DNA from: an uncultured Bdellovibrionales bacterium
Lineage (GTDB): Bacteria; Patescibacteriota; Minisyncoccia; Moranbacterales; UBA1568
Assembly (NCBI GenBank): GCA_964594215.1
Contig: CAZQLN010000004.1
Span: 862 to 64,861 of the forward strand
Direction of reading: 5' to 3'
Length of the DNA: 64,000 nucleotides
How positions within the stretch are numbered: the first letter of the stretch is position 1; each line of letters starts with the position of its first letter. Both the position numbers and the translations under genes were made by a program. This document shows, one piece after another, positions 61,556-64,000 of the stretch. The notes beneath the pieces were generated by a model, which saw nothing but the letters and a program-made list of their open reading frames with translations, had not been told where the DNA came from and did no database searches.

Positions 61556-62610
61556 CCAATATCAACACTCTTGAATTCGCCGCTGATGATCTCCATGTTC
61601 ATCTGCGGGATGAGAATGACGGACGCCTCCAGATGGCGGCGCCCTATACAGCTCGTCAATTCAGACGTGCCCTGGTGATGCCAAATCTGGTACCGCCAGT
61701 ACGTACCGTGGCCGATGCAATTGCCTATCGTGAGCGCATCTTGCGCGTTACTGAGGGTGAATTCGAACCATTGATGACACTCTATCTCACAGAAACATCC
61801 TCTGCCGAAGACATTATGAACATTGTGCAGAACCCAGGCGTTGTTCATGCCATCAAGTACTATCCGGCAGGCGCCACCACCAATTCCGATGCTGGCGTAC
61901 GCAATATCAGACGTATGATGAAGTTTTTCCAGCACATGGAAACAAATGATATTGTACTCTCACTCCATGGCGAAACCGCCGACAACACCATCGACGTGTT
62001 CGATCGAGAGGAAGAATTTCTGGGCGATCTGTTCTGGTTAAGAGTCAACTTTCCAGAACTTCGTATCGTTTTGGAGCACATCACTACTACCACTGCTGCG
62101 GCAACAGTACTTCTGATGCAGAAAGATTCTGGTCGAGTTTTAACCGCGGCTACCATCACTCCCCAGCATCTTCTCGCCAACCGCAATGACATGTTGGGAA
62201 GTGGCATCAATCCACATCTCTACTGCAAGCCCATCTTGAAACGTGAAGAAGATCGCATCGCGCTTCTCGAAGCTGCTGTTTCTGGCGAGCCCTGTTTCTT
62301 CCTCGGTACTGACTCGGCTCCTCACGCTAAGCATACTAAGGAGAACTCCTGTGGTTGTGCCGGATGCTTCACTGGTCTTCATGGGCTTGAGCTTTACGCC
62401 GAAGCCTTTGATAGCGTGGGCATGATTGATATGTTACCAGACTTTGCTGGCAAGTTCGGCGCCAACTTCTATGGGTTGCCGTATTCCGAACGACTGGTAC
62501 GGCTCAACCGCGAAGAATGGAATGTACCTAAGGAAATTGCCTACGGTGAATGGCACTCCATCGTACCTTTCTATGCGGGCGAAACCCTGCACTGGAAAAT
62601 GGTTGACTAA
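61552..62610 (+). CDS. pyrC: Dihydroorotase, homodimeric E. coli type
   Basis: DDLHVHLRD, MPNLVPP, KYYPAGATTNSD, EHITT, YCKPILK, FLGTDSAPH. Confidence 0.96.
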   Translation: MTNINTLEFAADDLHVHLRDENDGRLQMAAPYTARQFRRALVMPNLVPPVRTVADAIAYRERILRVTEGEFEPLMTLYLTETSSAEDIMNIVQNPGVVHAIKYYPAGATTNSDAGVRNIRRMMKFFQHMETNDIVLSLHGETADNTIDVFDREEEFLGDLFWLRVNFPELRIVLEHITTTTAAATVLLMQKDSGRVLTAATITPQHLLANRNDMLGSGINPHLYCKPILKREEDRIALLEAAVSGEPCFFLGTDSAPHAKHTKENSCGCAGCFTGLHGLELYAEAFDSVGMIDMLPDFAGKFGANFYGLPYSERLVRLNREEWNVPKEIAYGEWHSIVPFYAGETLHWKMVD

Positions 62611-62615
62611 ACAAC

Positions 62616-62676
62616 TTTCTCATTGAGAAAAACTGACCCCGGGATTCATAAGAATTTCCGGGGTCACTTTGTTTTT
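62616..62676 (+). terminator. Small hairpin plus terminator
   Basis: TTTCTC/GAGAAA, then TGACCCCGGGATTC/GAATTTCCGGGGTCA + CTTTGTTTTT. Confidence 0.8.
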
Positions 62677-63697
62677 ATAACAAGTATTTCACTTCAGATG
62701 TTGTCTCCAAGACTTCTGGATAGCTCTTTCTGAAAGACTCCACTATTTTTCTCACCTCATCAAAACTCTTAGCCATCATCATATCAGCTCGTAGTTCCTT
62801 GGCCAGTGGAAAATTATTAATATACGCTCGGTAGTGTTTTTTCAAAAGTTCAAAGCTCTTTGTATCACCATAATATTCTATATAGAGTTCTGTGTGACGG
62901 AGCGCAGCGTCGAGTTTTTCATTTACAGTTATTTCTTTCTTGTCAGAGTCAAAAAGCCATGGATTGCCAAAGATGGCACGCCCAAACATAATGCCATCAC
63001 AGCCTGTCTCACCCACCTTAGTCTTTGCATCAACCATATCTATCACATCACCATTACCAATGATGAGAGTTTTGCTATTCATCTCATTACGAATCTCTAC
63101 AGCACGCTTCACGCGGTCCCATCTAGCTGGCACCTTAGACATATCTTTCTTCGTGCGAGCGTGAAGCGTAATAGCAGCTGGTTCTACCGAAAGCAGTTCT
63201 CGAAGCCACTCTTCGAGATTGTCTTCATTGAACCCAAGTCGTGTCTTCACCGAAACAGGTATCTTGTTGTCCGTACTATCAACTCCTTTTTTAGCAGAAA
63301 GAATGAGCTGTTTAGCTAGCTCTGCATCTTTCATACAAGCTGCTCCCGCTCCTTGTTTCATGACATTCTTATCAGGACAGCCCATATTGATATCCACGCC
63401 ATCAAACCCAAGTTCGGCACACAGTTTAGCCGCTTCATACATATGTTCTGGATTGGAAGTAAACAGCTGAGCTACAATGGGTCGTTCTTCTTCACGAAAA
63501 GCTAGATCTTTGAGAAGTACTTCACGTCCCTTAGGATGGCAGAGTCCATCAGCTGCTACAAACTCTGTCCAAAGCACATCGGGACGACTATACTCTAAAA
63601 TAAAGTTACGGAAAACGACATCCGTTACATTCGCAAGTGGTGCCAAGACAAAAAAAGGCTTATTTAAGTTATTCCAAAATCCATTTCTCATAAGCAA
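62675..63697 (-). CDS. dus: tRNA-dihydrouridine synthase
   Basis: LAPLANVTD, DINMGCP, VSVKTRLG, LHART, IGNGD, MFGR...GNPW. Confidence 0.94.
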   Translation of the reverse strand: MLMRNGFWNNLNKPFFVLAPLANVTDVVFRNFILEYSRPDVLWTEFVAADGLCHPKGREVLLKDLAFREEERPIVAQLFTSNPEHMYEAAKLCAELGFDGVDINMGCPDKNVMKQGAGAACMKDAELAKQLILSAKKGVDSTDNKIPVSVKTRLGFNEDNLEEWLRELLSVEPAAITLHARTKKDMSKVPARWDRVKRAVEIRNEMNSKTLIIGNGDVIDMVDAKTKVGETGCDGIMFGRAIFGNPWLFDSDKKEITVNEKLDAALRHTELYIEYYGDTKSFELLKKHYRAYINNFPLAKELRADMMMAKSFDEVRKIVESFRKSYPEVLETTSEVKYLL

Positions 63698-63726
63698 TCA
63701 AAGCATTCTACATCTAATTGGAACTA

Positions 63727-63776
63727 TTGACAAGACCATCACTTGCTGACATTATAAAACAGACTTAAATAGTCTG
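63727..63776 (+). promoter_or_regulatory. Promoter and palindromic operator upstream of the Rrf2 gene
   Basis: TTGACA-17-CATTAT; CAGACT-TAAAT-AGTCTG (63760-63776). Confidence 0.6.
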
Positions 63777-63785
63777 ATTTATTTA

Positions 63786-63867
63786 CCCCGTTAGAAATAC
63801 TCCCTATATCAGAGGTCTCGGCGAGGTTTATGAGTTTACGTTATATAATCAATAATTTCTAACGGGG
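63786..63867. mobile_element. 82-bp MITE-like element with terminal inverted repeats
   Basis: CCCCGTTAGAAAT ... ATTTCTAACGGGG (13-bp perfect IR, 14 with the flanking A/T); removing it restores ATG AAA CTG. Confidence 0.75.
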
Positions 63868-64000
63868 TGAAACTGTCTCGAAAAACCTACTACGGCTTAA
63901 GAGCCTGCCTAGCCTTAGCGCAAGCTCACGAAACTCTCTCCATCCAAGCCTTAAGCGATCGGGAGGGAATTCCCTTTGGCTATCTAGAGAAAATTTTTCA
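63867..64000 (+). CDS. Rrf2 family transcriptional regulator, 5' partial
   Basis: GTG start; MKLSRKTYYGLRACLALAQAHETLSIQALSDREGIPFGYLEKIF matches the Rrf2/IscR N-terminal winged helix. Confidence 0.9.
   Translation, partial: MKLSRKTYYGLRACLALAQAHETLSIQALSDREGIPFGYLEKIF

Overview
Gene-dense bacterial chromosome segment, standard genetic code, with most genes on the minus strand. Gene content and style (few Shine-Dalgarno sites, type-2 IleRS, homodimeric GlyRS, short MetRS, many orphans, a giant fibre protein) suggest a Patescibacteria/CPR, Parcubacteria-like genome; this is an inference. Housekeeping content: parAB, tRNA-Leu(CAA), folD, uppP, glmS, leuS, a full F1Fo ATP synthase operon, tatD, metG, rsmI, pepA, glyQS, tgt, recO, ileS with a T-box leader, argS, trhO, smpB-tmRNA-infC-rpmI-rplT, lgt, mutY, mnmA, dus and the start of an Rrf2 regulator. 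The left end holds the first 1733 codons of a giant secreted repeat/fibre protein that the ORF track missed. Most notable features: (1) a four-helix-bundle gene inserted between atpE and atpF and bracketed by mutually complementary heptamer arrays; (2) two tandem self-contained cassettes at 30.0-30.9 kb with conserved promoter, leader and terminator around divergent small Cys-motif proteins; (3) an 82-bp inverted-repeat element that splits the ATG of the Rrf2 gene and supplies a GTG start; (4) a short-Stem-I Ile T-box with a transcriptional terminator; (5) a Nudix domain inside LeuRS; (6) hairpin+boxA-like leaders on accessory genes; (7) an isolated pyrD-pyrC pair. All calls come from reading the sequence; no searches were run.
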